Source: an uncultured Thermotogaceae bacterium (GTDB taxonomy: Bacteria; Thermotogota; Thermotogae; MWEM01). Taken from it: 63,145 nucleotides of DNA. The notes beneath the pieces are model-generated. The model did not search any database, was not told the DNA's origin, and saw only the letters and a list, made by a program, of their open reading frames with translations. The stretch lies in contig CAYOFT010000003.1 of NCBI GenBank assembly GCA_964403295.1, forward strand, positions 1-63,145, in the 5' to 3' direction. A program made the translations under genes and the position numbers. Positions 19,582-29,093 of the stretch are shown piece by piece; positions within the stretch are counted from its first letter, which is position 1, and each line of letters opens with the position of its first letter.

Positions 19582-19782
19582 GTGGCAACCAAGAAAAAGA
19601 TCGAAGAAATGCTTGAAGAGCTTTCAAAAATCACAAAAGAACTTGAAAAAGAAGATATCTCTTTGGAAGAATCAATAAAAAAATATCAATATGCTGTTGA
19701 ACTATATAAAAAGGCACAGAAACAACTGAAAGAATCAGAAATCAAAATAGAAGAGATCAGAGGAAGTCTTGAAGATGAATGA
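19582..19782 (+). CDS. xseB: Exodeoxyribonuclease VII small subunit
   Basis: LEKEDISLEESIKKY..A..L; follows xseA. Confidence 0.9.
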   Translation: MATKKKIEEMLEELSKITKELEKEDISLEESIKKYQYAVELYKKAQKQLKESEIKIEEIRGSLEDE

Positions 19783-21727
19783 AACTTGGACAAACCTTTT
19801 TGATAAAAGAGATCTAATCGAAGTAGTTAAAAATTCCGATATTGAAGAATTAAAAGAAGTTTCTGAGAAAATTCGAAATTTGATTGTAAATACGGTTGAG
19901 CGAAACGGAGGACACCTTTCCTCAAATTTAGGAACAGTAGAATTGACATTGGCTTTGTACCGGGTTTTTGATTTTCCTGAAAAAGACATCCTTGTTTGGG
20001 ATACCGGCCATCAAACTTACACTCATAAGATTCTCACAGGAAGGGCTCCCTTATTTCATACAATCAGAAGAAAAGAGGGACTAAGCGGATTTACAAATAT
20101 TTTTGAGAGCCCGTATGATTCCTTTGGTGCAGGTCACGTGGGCACTTCAATAGCTGCAGCTCTTGGTTTTGAAAAAGCTAAAAGACTTTCGGGAGAACCA
20201 GGTGAAGTCATCGCTGTAATTGGCGATGGTGCCCTCACTTCCGGGAATGCTCTGGAATCATTAAATCAGGTTGTAGGACAAAAAAGCAATTTAAAGATTA
20301 TCATCAACGACAATGGCATGTCAATATCCGACAATGTAGGCTCATTTGCCAATAATTTTTCCTTAATTCGAACCGGTAAAGGGTACAATACATTTAAAAA
20401 ACAATTAAAAACATTCCTACACGAAACACATTTAACAGGAATAGAAACGATTTTGGAATGGATAAGGGATAATATGAAACACAATCTTTTACCCGATTCA
20501 ATATTTGAAGCAATGGGTTTTAAGTACCTTGGTCCAATCGATGGACATGATCTTGATACATTAGTACGTGTTTTATCCAATATCAAAGAGGGTTACAAAA
20601 AACCGGTGGTTTTACACATACACACAAAAAAAGGTTGTGGTATTGATTATGCAGAAAAAAAACCGAACATTTTTCATGGAGTAAGCCCTCTGGAACAGAG
20701 TAAAAGCAGTCAAAAAGAGGTTGCAGAAAAACTTTCATTTAGTGAAGCTTTCGGATATGCAATTACAAAAATGGCAGATTATGATGAAAAATTAGTCGCA
20801 ATTACTTCTGCAATGGATATAGGGACAGGACTTTATCATTTTAAAGAATCATATGCGGAAAGATTTTTCGATTTAGGTATTACAGAACAAAGTTCTTTGT
20901 TATTTGCTGCTGGTCTTGCTTTAAAAGGTTATCACCCAGTATATGCTGTTTATTCTACTTTTTTGCAAAGAGCTTATGATCAGATTATCCATGATGTAGC
21001 ACTTCAAAAGATCCCTCTAATTATTGGTGTCGACAGAGCAGGACTTGTTGGAAATGACGGCCCTACTCACCATGGAACCTTTGATATCCCCATGCTAAAC
21101 CCCATACCTAATATTAAAATTTATTCTCCAGACTCCATTCGGACTTTAATTCAAATAATGAATCATCTTTCACGTGATTGTTGGAATGTTCATACACCTG
21201 TTTTCATCCGCTATCCCCGTGAAAAAGAAACCATCTCGTATAAAGAGATTGAAAGTTTGATCACTGATAACAGAAAAACAAATCCCGAAAAATGGGAAGT
21301 CGTATATCAAGTTTCAAATGAAACAGAGTACGAATTGATTATTTTTGCTGTGGGGACAATGTTCAAATACTGTGAAAGGATTATCAAGCACATCAATTTC
21401 CCGATAAAATTGGTTAAAGTCACATCGGTTAAGCCATTAGATCTGGAACTTATCCATTCTCTTTTTACATCTAGTAAGCAAAAGATTGTTGTTACAATGG
21501 AAGAGGGTATTAAAACAGGCGGTTTTGGACAAAATCTCATCAATTATCTCCAAGATAATTTTAATAATCAAATTGAAAGAACAAAAATTCTTGGTTTCGA
21601 TAATTTTATTCCTCATGGAAAAAGAGAAGATTTACTTAAAGATGCTGGTATGAACACTAATGGGATTTTAGCAATTCTCAATGAAGAAGTCCAAAAAATC
21701 ACTCAAAATCACAAGATTATCTTGTAA
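19775..21727 (+). CDS. dxs: 1-deoxy-D-xylulose-5-phosphate synthase
   Basis: GGHLSSNLGTVEL, WDTGHQ, GDGALT, GPIDGHD, GITEQ, DRAGLVGNDGPTHHG. Confidence 0.96.
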   Translation: MNETWTNLFDKRDLIEVVKNSDIEELKEVSEKIRNLIVNTVERNGGHLSSNLGTVELTLALYRVFDFPEKDILVWDTGHQTYTHKILTGRAPLFHTIRRKEGLSGFTNIFESPYDSFGAGHVGTSIAAALGFEKAKRLSGEPGEVIAVIGDGALTSGNALESLNQVVGQKSNLKIIINDNGMSISDNVGSFANNFSLIRTGKGYNTFKKQLKTFLHETHLTGIETILEWIRDNMKHNLLPDSIFEAMGFKYLGPIDGHDLDTLVRVLSNIKEGYKKPVVLHIHTKKGCGIDYAEKKPNIFHGVSPLEQSKSSQKEVAEKLSFSEAFGYAITKMADYDEKLVAITSAMDIGTGLYHFKESYAERFFDLGITEQSSLLFAAGLALKGYHPVYAVYSTFLQRAYDQIIHDVALQKIPLIIGVDRAGLVGNDGPTHHGTFDIPMLNPIPNIKIYSPDSIRTLIQIMNHLSRDCWNVHTPVFIRYPREKETISYKEIESLITDNRKTNPEKWEVVYQVSNETEYELIIFAVGTMFKYCERIIKHINFPIKLVKVTSVKPLDLELIHSLFTSSKQKIVVTMEEGIKTGGFGQNLINYLQDNFNNQIERTKILGFDNFIPHGKREDLLKDAGMNTNGILAILNEEVQKITQNHKIIL

Positions 21728-21773
21728 TAGAAATACTAATGCAAGTGGTTAATGATTGAAAGGAGAAAAAGAG

Positions 21774-22595
21774 TTGAAATACAAAACAGTAGTCCTCGAC
21801 ATTGACGGAACGGTTTTGGATGACAAGCTGAGAATATCTGATAAAACCGTCAATCTTTTAAAAACAATCAGAAATAAGGGAATATCTGTTATTTTCTGTA
21901 CAGGTAGGATGTTGGGTTCAGCAAAACATATTCTTCTCAAATATTTTGGTAGTGACGAGTTCCCCATAGTGAGTTACAACGGCAGTTTAATTACACTGCC
22001 TAATCATGAAAAACCCATCTTTCATCATTTTATCGACAATAAATCTGCGCATGAAATCATCGAATATCTTCGAAGAAAAGATTGTCATCGTCAAGTTTAT
22101 GTTAATAATCAACTAATCGTAGAGGAAGATAATGATGCAATTAAAGACTATTCCATCCATGCTGGGATGGATTATCATGTGGTTGACAGTCTTACCGAAT
22201 TAATCCAAAAAGGTGAAAAGATTGACAAAATCCTTGCTATTGGTAGTCCTCAATTCCTTTCAGAAATTGAAGAAGAAAGTTTGACACTTTTTTCGGCAAA
22301 TACAAACATTTTTAAATCTTTTTCAATATACCTTGACTATATACCCAAAACCACCAATAAAGGCATTGCCGTTTTAGAATTGTTAAAATATCTCAATTTG
22401 GACCCCAAGCAGACTATTATGATAGGAGACGGTGATAATGATATTTTTGCATTTAACGTGGTCGGCTATTCCATCGCTATGGCTAATGCAACAGAAAAAC
22501 TCAAAAAAGCCGCTAGTCTTTGCCTTGACAAAACCAATAATGAGGAAGGTGTATATCACATTCTTAGTCACATTTTTTCTAATCTGCTCGATTAG
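21774..22595 (+). CDS. Cof-type HAD-IIB hydrolase
   Basis: LDIDGT, CTGR, NKG, GDGDND; TTG start after AGGAG. Confidence 0.92.
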   Translation: MKYKTVVLDIDGTVLDDKLRISDKTVNLLKTIRNKGISVIFCTGRMLGSAKHILLKYFGSDEFPIVSYNGSLITLPNHEKPIFHHFIDNKSAHEIIEYLRRKDCHRQVYVNNQLIVEEDNDAIKDYSIHAGMDYHVVDSLTELIQKGEKIDKILAIGSPQFLSEIEEESLTLFSANTNIFKSFSIYLDYIPKTTNKGIAVLELLKYLNLDPKQTIMIGDGDNDIFAFNVVGYSIAMANATEKLKKAASLCLDKTNNEEGVYHILSHIFSNLLD

Positions 22596-23409
22596 TTTCT
22601 CGGAACAAAATGTGATCACAGACAACGGATATACCATTTATTACCCGGATTTACCGTTTTATTTAGAGAATGTCTCTCCTTTTTCTTTAGGAAGTATAAC
22701 CAATCCGGAACTTTTATTTGACTTTGGTTTATTGTTAGCTCAAAAAGCCAAATTGGCTGATGCAAATGCCTGTGTTATTGGCTATGCTGAATTACTGCCT
22801 GAAGAAATCGAGTTCGTCAATGGACATTTTAATGAAGTCATTGCCCCTTTTTTTTCCGTAAATCCTTTTAAGGCATCACAAACTATCGAATGGATTGTTG
22901 ATGGTCTTACTGCTGGAGGCATTTTTCCGGTTTTAAGTGCTAAATATGGTTTAAATGATTCTCTTATTCAAAATTTAAAATATAGAATGATCTTTCCAGC
23001 AATCTTGCTTGAAACCTATGAAGGTGAAGTACAAACTTTTAAAGAAATGGCGTTAGCAGTAATAGAAGACTCAGGACAAGTCTCTCATTATCCAACCCTT
23101 TTGAAAAAACTTGATTGGATATGGCATCGCCAAATACTAGATGAAGAAATGTTGAGACAAGAATTATTAATAGCCTCAATTATTCAATTAAAAAAAAGAT
23201 TTCCTTTAAAGGATTTCCAAGTATTTCATACCCCGCTTACTTCATCAATAACTGACAAAGCTATCATTTTCATCAAAGATCCAAGAATTGTAAATTTGAA
23301 TAAGTTTTCCACCGGTTATCTAATTCATTCCAGTGAAGATTTTATGCTTGAAAGGATTCGCTTGATTTGTTCAGAAATTCATTACGCAAGAGGGAGTAAA
23401 ACTTGGTGA
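22540..23409 (+). CDS. Secreted hypothetical protein, possible degenerate GH3 N-terminal barrel
   Basis: Signal peptide MRKVYITFLVTFFLICSISFS; FSVNPFKASQTIEWIVDGLTAGGIFPVL resembles the GH3 'fs.dP..v......i.Gl...Gv' segment. Confidence 0.45.
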   Translation: MRKVYITFLVTFFLICSISFSEQNVITDNGYTIYYPDLPFYLENVSPFSLGSITNPELLFDFGLLLAQKAKLADANACVIGYAELLPEEIEFVNGHFNEVIAPFFSVNPFKASQTIEWIVDGLTAGGIFPVLSAKYGLNDSLIQNLKYRMIFPAILLETYEGEVQTFKEMALAVIEDSGQVSHYPTLLKKLDWIWHRQILDEEMLRQELLIASIIQLKKRFPLKDFQVFHTPLTSSITDKAIIFIKDPRIVNLNKFSTGYLIHSSEDFMLERIRLICSEIHYARGSKTW

Positions 23410-24113
23410 TAAGACTGGATAAATACCTCTCTAATGCAGGTTATGGTTCTAGGAATGAAATAAAAAAGTTAATAAAGGATGGTATCGTAACTGTAAATGG
23501 GAAAATTTGTAGAGACCCTTCCCAAAAAGTCAGTTTAAAGACGCAGATTAAGCTTAACTCAAAAATAACATTTTCCAAACCGGTAAGTACAATTATGCTT
23601 AATAAGCCAAAAGATTATGTATCATCAAATGAAAGTGAGGCTGGATATCCTTCAATTATGGAATTAATCCAGCAACCACATCCTAAATACTCTATTGCGG
23701 GCAGATTGGACGTTGATACAACCGGGTTGATGATACTTAGTACCCAGGGTGAATTAATACACTCTATCATCTCTCCTTCAAAAAAGGTTTCAAAATTTTA
23801 TAAAGCGAAGGTTGTTGATTTTAAAGACGAAGCAATTCAATTGTTTTTTCATGGCATGGAATTAGCAAGGGATTTTAAAACCAAACCTGTAACATGCTTT
23901 CAAATTTTAAGTAAAGAAAATGGTATAACAACAATCATTATTGGCATAAATGAAGGGAAATTCCACCAGGTAAAAAGAATGTTCCAACACATCCAAGCCG
24001 AAGTCATTGATCTCGAAAGGATTGCCATTGGCTCATTGAAGTTGGATCCTTCTTTGAAAATGGGTGAATACAGAGAACTAACCGAAACAGAAATCCAACT
24101 CATCTTCAGCTAA
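23403..24113 (+). CDS. rsuA: RsuA-family pseudouridine synthase
   Basis: S4 domain RLDKYL, LNKP, GRLDVDTTG, EGKFHQVKRM. Confidence 0.88.
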   Translation: MVIRLDKYLSNAGYGSRNEIKKLIKDGIVTVNGKICRDPSQKVSLKTQIKLNSKITFSKPVSTIMLNKPKDYVSSNESEAGYPSIMELIQQPHPKYSIAGRLDVDTTGLMILSTQGELIHSIISPSKKVSKFYKAKVVDFKDEAIQLFFHGMELARDFKTKPVTCFQILSKENGITTIIIGINEGKFHQVKRMFQHIQAEVIDLERIAIGSLKLDPSLKMGEYRELTETEIQLIFS

Positions 24114-24183
24114 TAAACTAGCAGAAATCCATACGTATGTTAAAATAGTAAATGATAAAAGAATTCCTTCATCGGAGGTCAGT

Positions 24184-25272
24184 ATGGCTTACAAAGTTTT
24201 ACTTGATGATATAAAAAAAATTCACTTTGATTATATGAAATTAAGTATCCAACAAACCCCTTTTCTTTCCACGAGACTTAAAGCGAGAATAAAACTCCGC
24301 TTAAAAAATGATCTTAAAGACAAAATCAGCGATAAAAACAAACTTGAAAAGTTGATCCAAAAAAATATAAACACAACAAGACTTGTTTCTTGGTCAAGAA
24401 TCAATAGTTTAGCAAATGATACCGAAAATGAGCAAATGGACGGTTTTCGTTCATGGCTTTTCAGTATAAGTCTCGACATCCTTTTGTTAAAACTCGTTGC
24501 CTGGCATAAAGAATCTGGAATGAATGAACTGTTTAGAATGTATAATCTTCCCGTTAGATCATTTATCGCCAAAAATCTTTATGGGAAGAAGGGGACTGAA
24601 TACTTTAATATAAAATGTAATGATTTAACAATGGAAACCTTTCAAAGATTCCTGCGTTATAGCAACAATTTTTCTCCCTATAAGGGAACCATTTTCAGTT
24701 ATTTGATTTCAATTGCCGATCATTTAATCAAAGATGAAACAACCCAACCTGAAACATTAGTCTCCGATTTTAACGAGCAAGATGAAACCGAAACAGGTGG
24801 TGTCTTTTGGGCTGTTTCTCCTGATCCTTCTCCCGAACTAGTTCAGGAGAAAATAACCTTCGAAAAATTTATAATTGAACAAATTGTTCTCGAAGGGGGT
24901 TATCCCTGGCAAATTCTTGTGGTATTACTAACAAAAACCACAAATGACAGAACAGATATTACGCAATTGGGAGATTTTTCGATTGCAAAAATTTATCAAG
25001 AGATGAAAAACACTTTTACAAAAAGTTCCTTTCATGAAGAGCATGAATTAGATGAGTTGTTCCAACCTTTGGAAAAGCAATTGTCTTTGACTTTAAACCA
25101 AATCATACCAAGCAAAGATCACAGATCGAGAAGTCAGCTTGAAACCTGCTTGGACCAAAAGTTAGGACTAGTACCTTTAAAAACTTTTTTTGGAAAAGAC
25201 CCTTTAAAAAATATCCGCGATTGGAATCACAGGCTTTTTAAAAGGGTAAGAAAAAAGGTGATTGAAAGTTAA
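24184..25272 (+). CDS. Atypical ECF-like sigma-70 factor
   Basis: Region-2-like DILLLKLV...MNELFRMY...NDLTMETF...FSPYKGTIFSYLISIA..LIKD; SPE linker; C-terminal NIRDWNHRLFKRVRKK recognition-helix-like end. Confidence 0.7.
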   Translation: MAYKVLLDDIKKIHFDYMKLSIQQTPFLSTRLKARIKLRLKNDLKDKISDKNKLEKLIQKNINTTRLVSWSRINSLANDTENEQMDGFRSWLFSISLDILLLKLVAWHKESGMNELFRMYNLPVRSFIAKNLYGKKGTEYFNIKCNDLTMETFQRFLRYSNNFSPYKGTIFSYLISIADHLIKDETTQPETLVSDFNEQDETETGGVFWAVSPDPSPELVQEKITFEKFIIEQIVLEGGYPWQILVVLLTKTTNDRTDITQLGDFSIAKIYQEMKNTFTKSSFHEEHELDELFQPLEKQLSLTLNQIIPSKDHRSRSQLETCLDQKLGLVPLKTFFGKDPLKNIRDWNHRLFKRVRKKVIES

Positions 25273-25342
25273 ACATTCATGCGACAAGTTATGAATAAAT
25301 GAGTATTAACTATTGATTAGAGAATATTTGTGAGGTGTTAAA

Positions 25343-26119
25343 ATGAACAGACATTTGACCGATGAGGAAATCGAACAATATATTGATTCTGAATATCTCT
25401 CAACACAGAGTGGTCATGAAGCATCAGAAAAAACTGATATAACGGATTCACCAAAATTGAAAACAGAATTGATTTTAAAATTTGAAGAACACCTTATTAA
25501 TTGTGATGCCTGTCTTGAGAAAGTTACTAAGGCATTGGATTTTTCCATCTCTTTTCATCAATGGTTTGCAGAGAGCCCAACCGCTGAACAAAAGTTATTG
25601 CTGAAAATTTTGAAAGCAGCTCAAAAGGAAGAAAGTGATGTAAAAAAAAGGATCATGAAATGGATTAAAGATTGGCAAAGTTTTACAGACAATACAGTGG
25701 ATGTTTTATTAAATACTACATACAACGGTATATCTAACATCACAAAGTTCCTTTTTAAAAACACCAAAAACCGAAAAGCAAAATGGTCTTTCAACTACCC
25801 TGTGGAAAGCTTTGCTATGAGAGGAAATCCTGATATAAACTTTGAGAAAAGAATAGAAAATACACTTCATGGTCAGATTGGAGAAAAAGATATCTTAGAA
25901 ATAAAAGCTTTTTCAGAAGAAAAAAGCATAAAAATCAACTGTAAAAGTTTGGAAAACTATAATTCTTCTCCCATATTTTTACTTATACCACTTCATACGG
26001 GAGAACCAGTTATTCGATTATCTCGCAAAATCAAAGATACTGATGCCTATGAAATAATTTTAGATGGTTTAAATCCCGGCAAATATTTACTGGCTATAGA
26101 ACCAGATAATCAAGAATAA
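25343..26119 (+). CDS. Soluble ZAS/zf-HC2 anti-sigma-like protein
   Basis: H4...YID..L...FEEH50LINC54DAC57 (H...HxxxCxxC); no TM helix; beta-rich C-terminal domain; directly follows the sigma gene. Confidence 0.75.
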   Translation: MNRHLTDEEIEQYIDSEYLSTQSGHEASEKTDITDSPKLKTELILKFEEHLINCDACLEKVTKALDFSISFHQWFAESPTAEQKLLLKILKAAQKEESDVKKRIMKWIKDWQSFTDNTVDVLLNTTYNGISNITKFLFKNTKNRKAKWSFNYPVESFAMRGNPDINFEKRIENTLHGQIGEKDILEIKAFSEEKSIKINCKSLENYNSSPIFLLIPLHTGEPVIRLSRKIKDTDAYEIILDGLNPGKYLLAIEPDNQE

Positions 26120-26129
26120 AAGAGGTGTT

Positions 26130-29093
26130 ATGGAAAACTCTCAGATTAAAAGCATCACAAAAAAAATGGAAGAGTTCGCCAAACAAAAAAAAATAAACGA
26201 ATTTCAAGCCTTTACCGAACGATTGATTGATGAGATTTTGTTATCAGATTCTTATAACTACTCATCAAAAAGAGAGTTGCTTGCCTCAATTAACAACATC
26301 TATCTTTTTTTTGGGGATTATAAAAGTAATGAAAATATCTTAGAAAAATTATTGGAGCGGGAAAACGAAAAAAATATACCCAATCAAGATTATCTTGCTT
26401 TTATAATGAACCTTTTAGGAGAACTGCATTATTATGAAGGCAAGTTTAACTTGGCATTGTCAGAGTATCAAAAATCACTTAATATTCGGAATTCACTGTT
26501 TGGAGATTCACATCCGGATACTATAGAATCTTATACCAATTTGGCACTGTTATATACTGAAATTGCACGTTTTAAAGATGCGGAGAAAATTTTTTCAAGA
26601 GCATTGCAGATTTATGAGAGCAAAATAAGTGGACATATAGAAGGTTACATCATGACATTATGGAATACCGGACTTATGTATCAATATTGGGGTAAGTATT
26701 CTTTGGCAATGGAAAAGTATTTAACTGCATTAGAAATTTCTCAATTAAATATGACTCATGAATTAACAGATAATATCGAAAACAACCTTGGAGTGCTCTA
26801 TCTGGAAACAGGAAATTATGAAACAGCTGAAATATATCTTAAAAAATCATTTGAATACACTCAAAAACATTTTGGCATGAATCATCCGAAAACGATTACA
26901 ACTCTCAACAACCTTGTTTCCAGTCAAATGAATCTTAATAAATTCGAGTTGGCTGAAAACGGATTTTCTCATCTTCTAAAAGCTAATAAAACAATCATAC
27001 CTATTATCTCAATAAAGATAACTATTAATTATGCAGTTTTTTTAAGTAAAACAGGAAAAACACACAATGCATTGCAACTCCTTGAAGAATGTCTAGAAAG
27101 CCAAACAACTCCGGAAATTCAAATAAAAATTCTAGCAAATATCGCAAGAATCCAACTCATAAGAAATTCATTAAGTGAATCCCTGGAAACGGTAAGGAAG
27201 GCAATTTTAATTCAAAAAAAGACCATCGGAAAAAATCATATTCAATATACAAAACTTCTGGGATTGTTAGGGCAAGTTTTTGTTCGTTTAAATAAAAAAG
27301 AAGAAGCCTTTAAAACATTAAAGGAAGCTACGGAATTGCAAAATGAAATACTTCTTCAAGTATCGATATCCTTTTCAAAGGATTATGCTTGGAATTTCTA
27401 TCAAAAGTTAAGGCATGAACTGGATCAACTATTGAGTTTGTTTTCCCTGATGGTAAAGGAAAAATCAGAAGAAGATGTAATAATCATTGAATACATGCAA
27501 ATTATATTTGATTTATTACTCAGAAGAAAAGCTATTGTATTTGATGCCGGTATTGAAAGGTTAAATCATATTTTAAAAAAAGAAGACCCACATCTTTTAA
27601 CCCTTTTAGAATCTCTTATGAAAACAAAAGAAGAAATTGTGTTGAGAACGACAAAAGGTTACTTTTCTGAAAGCCCTGAAGAAAATCAAAAAAAAGTCAG
27701 GGAATTAAGTTCCAAGGCGGAAATACTTGAAAACAGATTATCCAGTCTTGTACCACTCTATTCATTAGAGTTAAAAGCAAAGCGTGCAACGCTGCAAATC
27801 TTGAAAGATAAAATACCTGAAAAAACATTGTTTGTAGACATCTTCAAGTTTCATTTCTTTGATTTTTTCATATCAGAGATAGAAAAACCTCATGAGAGTT
27901 ATCTTATATTTTATATCAGTAATAATAAAACAAGATTCTTAATTATAGAAGACGCTAAAGAAATTGAAGACCTAATAAAAAGAACCGATTCAAATAGGAA
28001 TAATTTGAATCGAGGTGAAATGAATCACTCTTTTAATGAAGACAAGGGACTAACACCCGAATCAGCTCTTAGAAGCATTTGGCAAGTCCTCTTCTCGGAT
28101 CAGATTCATTATGATAACTCAAAACTCAATACCCTCTGCATTTCTCCGGATGGGGAATTTTTCAACCTTCCATTTGAAACACTTATCTGTGAAAATGGAA
28201 ATTATTTGATAGAAAACTACCTTGTTCAATACGTTAATTCCGGAAGGCAAATTATTTATGACAAAAGCATGAAAATAAGTAATAATGATGGGATTGTCAT
28301 CTGTGCTGATCCTGATTTTGAAATAAAAAACAGAACCAAAACTTCAGATGATTCCAAACTAAAAAATAAGGTAAATACATTATTTAGAAATGAACTGAGC
28401 CAATTCACACAACTTCCAGGTACGGCTTTTGAAGCTAAAGAAATCCATAAAATGTTTGAAAACAACCAGATCAATTCAATAACATTGTTCAACCATGAAG
28501 CTGTAAATGACAGCGAACTTAAAAATTTAAATTCCCCCAAAATTTTACATTTTGCAACACATGGCTTTTATCTTGAAAACCGAATCGATATTCATCCTTT
28601 CTCCCGGTGTGGTATTGCTTTGAGCGGTATTAACAATATATTAAGAGGAGAATCTATACCCCCTTTATTTGAAGATGGTATGCTTACTGGGATGGATATT
28701 TTATCACTCAACCTTAATAACACCAATATTGTGGTACTTTCTGCCTGTAAAACGGGTAAAGGTCAGATTAACCCTGGCCAAGGCGTGATGGGATTGTGTT
28801 CTGCCTTATTTTCAGCCGGGGTATCATCAGTCTTGGTTAGTCTATGGAATGTACCAGATTCTTTTACTGTAAGTTTGATGTCAAAATTTTATGAAAAACT
28901 TCTACTGGGGATGAGGAAGTCAGAAGCTTTAAAACTTTCAAAAAAAACAATGATTAATACATTTAGAAAGCAGTGGGGTGAAGCACCTTCATGGATTTGG
29001 GGAGGTTTTATTCTCTATGGAGATGATTCTCCAATAATTAACTGTAGTTATAAAAAAAATGACAATACAATCATTAATGGTGAAAAAAATTGA
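26130..29093 (+). CDS. TPR-CHAT caspase-like cysteine protease
   Basis: Kinesin-light-chain-type TPRs (HPDTIESYTNLALLY, HPKTITTLNNL); CHAT motifs SPDGEFFNLPFETL, LPGT, LHFATH811G, VVLSAC873KTG, SLWNV, W.WGGFILYG; no signal peptide. Confidence 0.93.
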   Translation: MENSQIKSITKKMEEFAKQKKINEFQAFTERLIDEILLSDSYNYSSKRELLASINNIYLFFGDYKSNENILEKLLERENEKNIPNQDYLAFIMNLLGELHYYEGKFNLALSEYQKSLNIRNSLFGDSHPDTIESYTNLALLYTEIARFKDAEKIFSRALQIYESKISGHIEGYIMTLWNTGLMYQYWGKYSLAMEKYLTALEISQLNMTHELTDNIENNLGVLYLETGNYETAEIYLKKSFEYTQKHFGMNHPKTITTLNNLVSSQMNLNKFELAENGFSHLLKANKTIIPIISIKITINYAVFLSKTGKTHNALQLLEECLESQTTPEIQIKILANIARIQLIRNSLSESLETVRKAILIQKKTIGKNHIQYTKLLGLLGQVFVRLNKKEEAFKTLKEATELQNEILLQVSISFSKDYAWNFYQKLRHELDQLLSLFSLMVKEKSEEDVIIIEYMQIIFDLLLRRKAIVFDAGIERLNHILKKEDPHLLTLLESLMKTKEEIVLRTTKGYFSESPEENQKKVRELSSKAEILENRLSSLVPLYSLELKAKRATLQILKDKIPEKTLFVDIFKFHFFDFFISEIEKPHESYLIFYISNNKTRFLIIEDAKEIEDLIKRTDSNRNNLNRGEMNHSFNEDKGLTPESALRSIWQVLFSDQIHYDNSKLNTLCISPDGEFFNLPFETLICENGNYLIENYLVQYVNSGRQIIYDKSMKISNNDGIVICADPDFEIKNRTKTSDDSKLKNKVNTLFRNELSQFTQLPGTAFEAKEIHKMFENNQINSITLFNHEAVNDSELKNLNSPKILHFATHGFYLENRIDIHPFSRCGIALSGINNILRGESIPPLFEDGMLTGMDILSLNLNNTNIVVLSACKTGKGQINPGQGVMGLCSALFSAGVSSVLVSLWNVPDSFTVSLMSKFYEKLLLGMRKSEALKLSKKTMINTFRKQWGEAPSWIWGGFILYGDDSPIINCSYKKNDNTIINGEKN

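Noticed and set aside
25275-25296. ATTCAT-N10-ATGAAT inverted repeat between the sigma and anti-sigma genes
   Set aside because: Only 6-bp AT-rich arms with no U-tract; expected by chance
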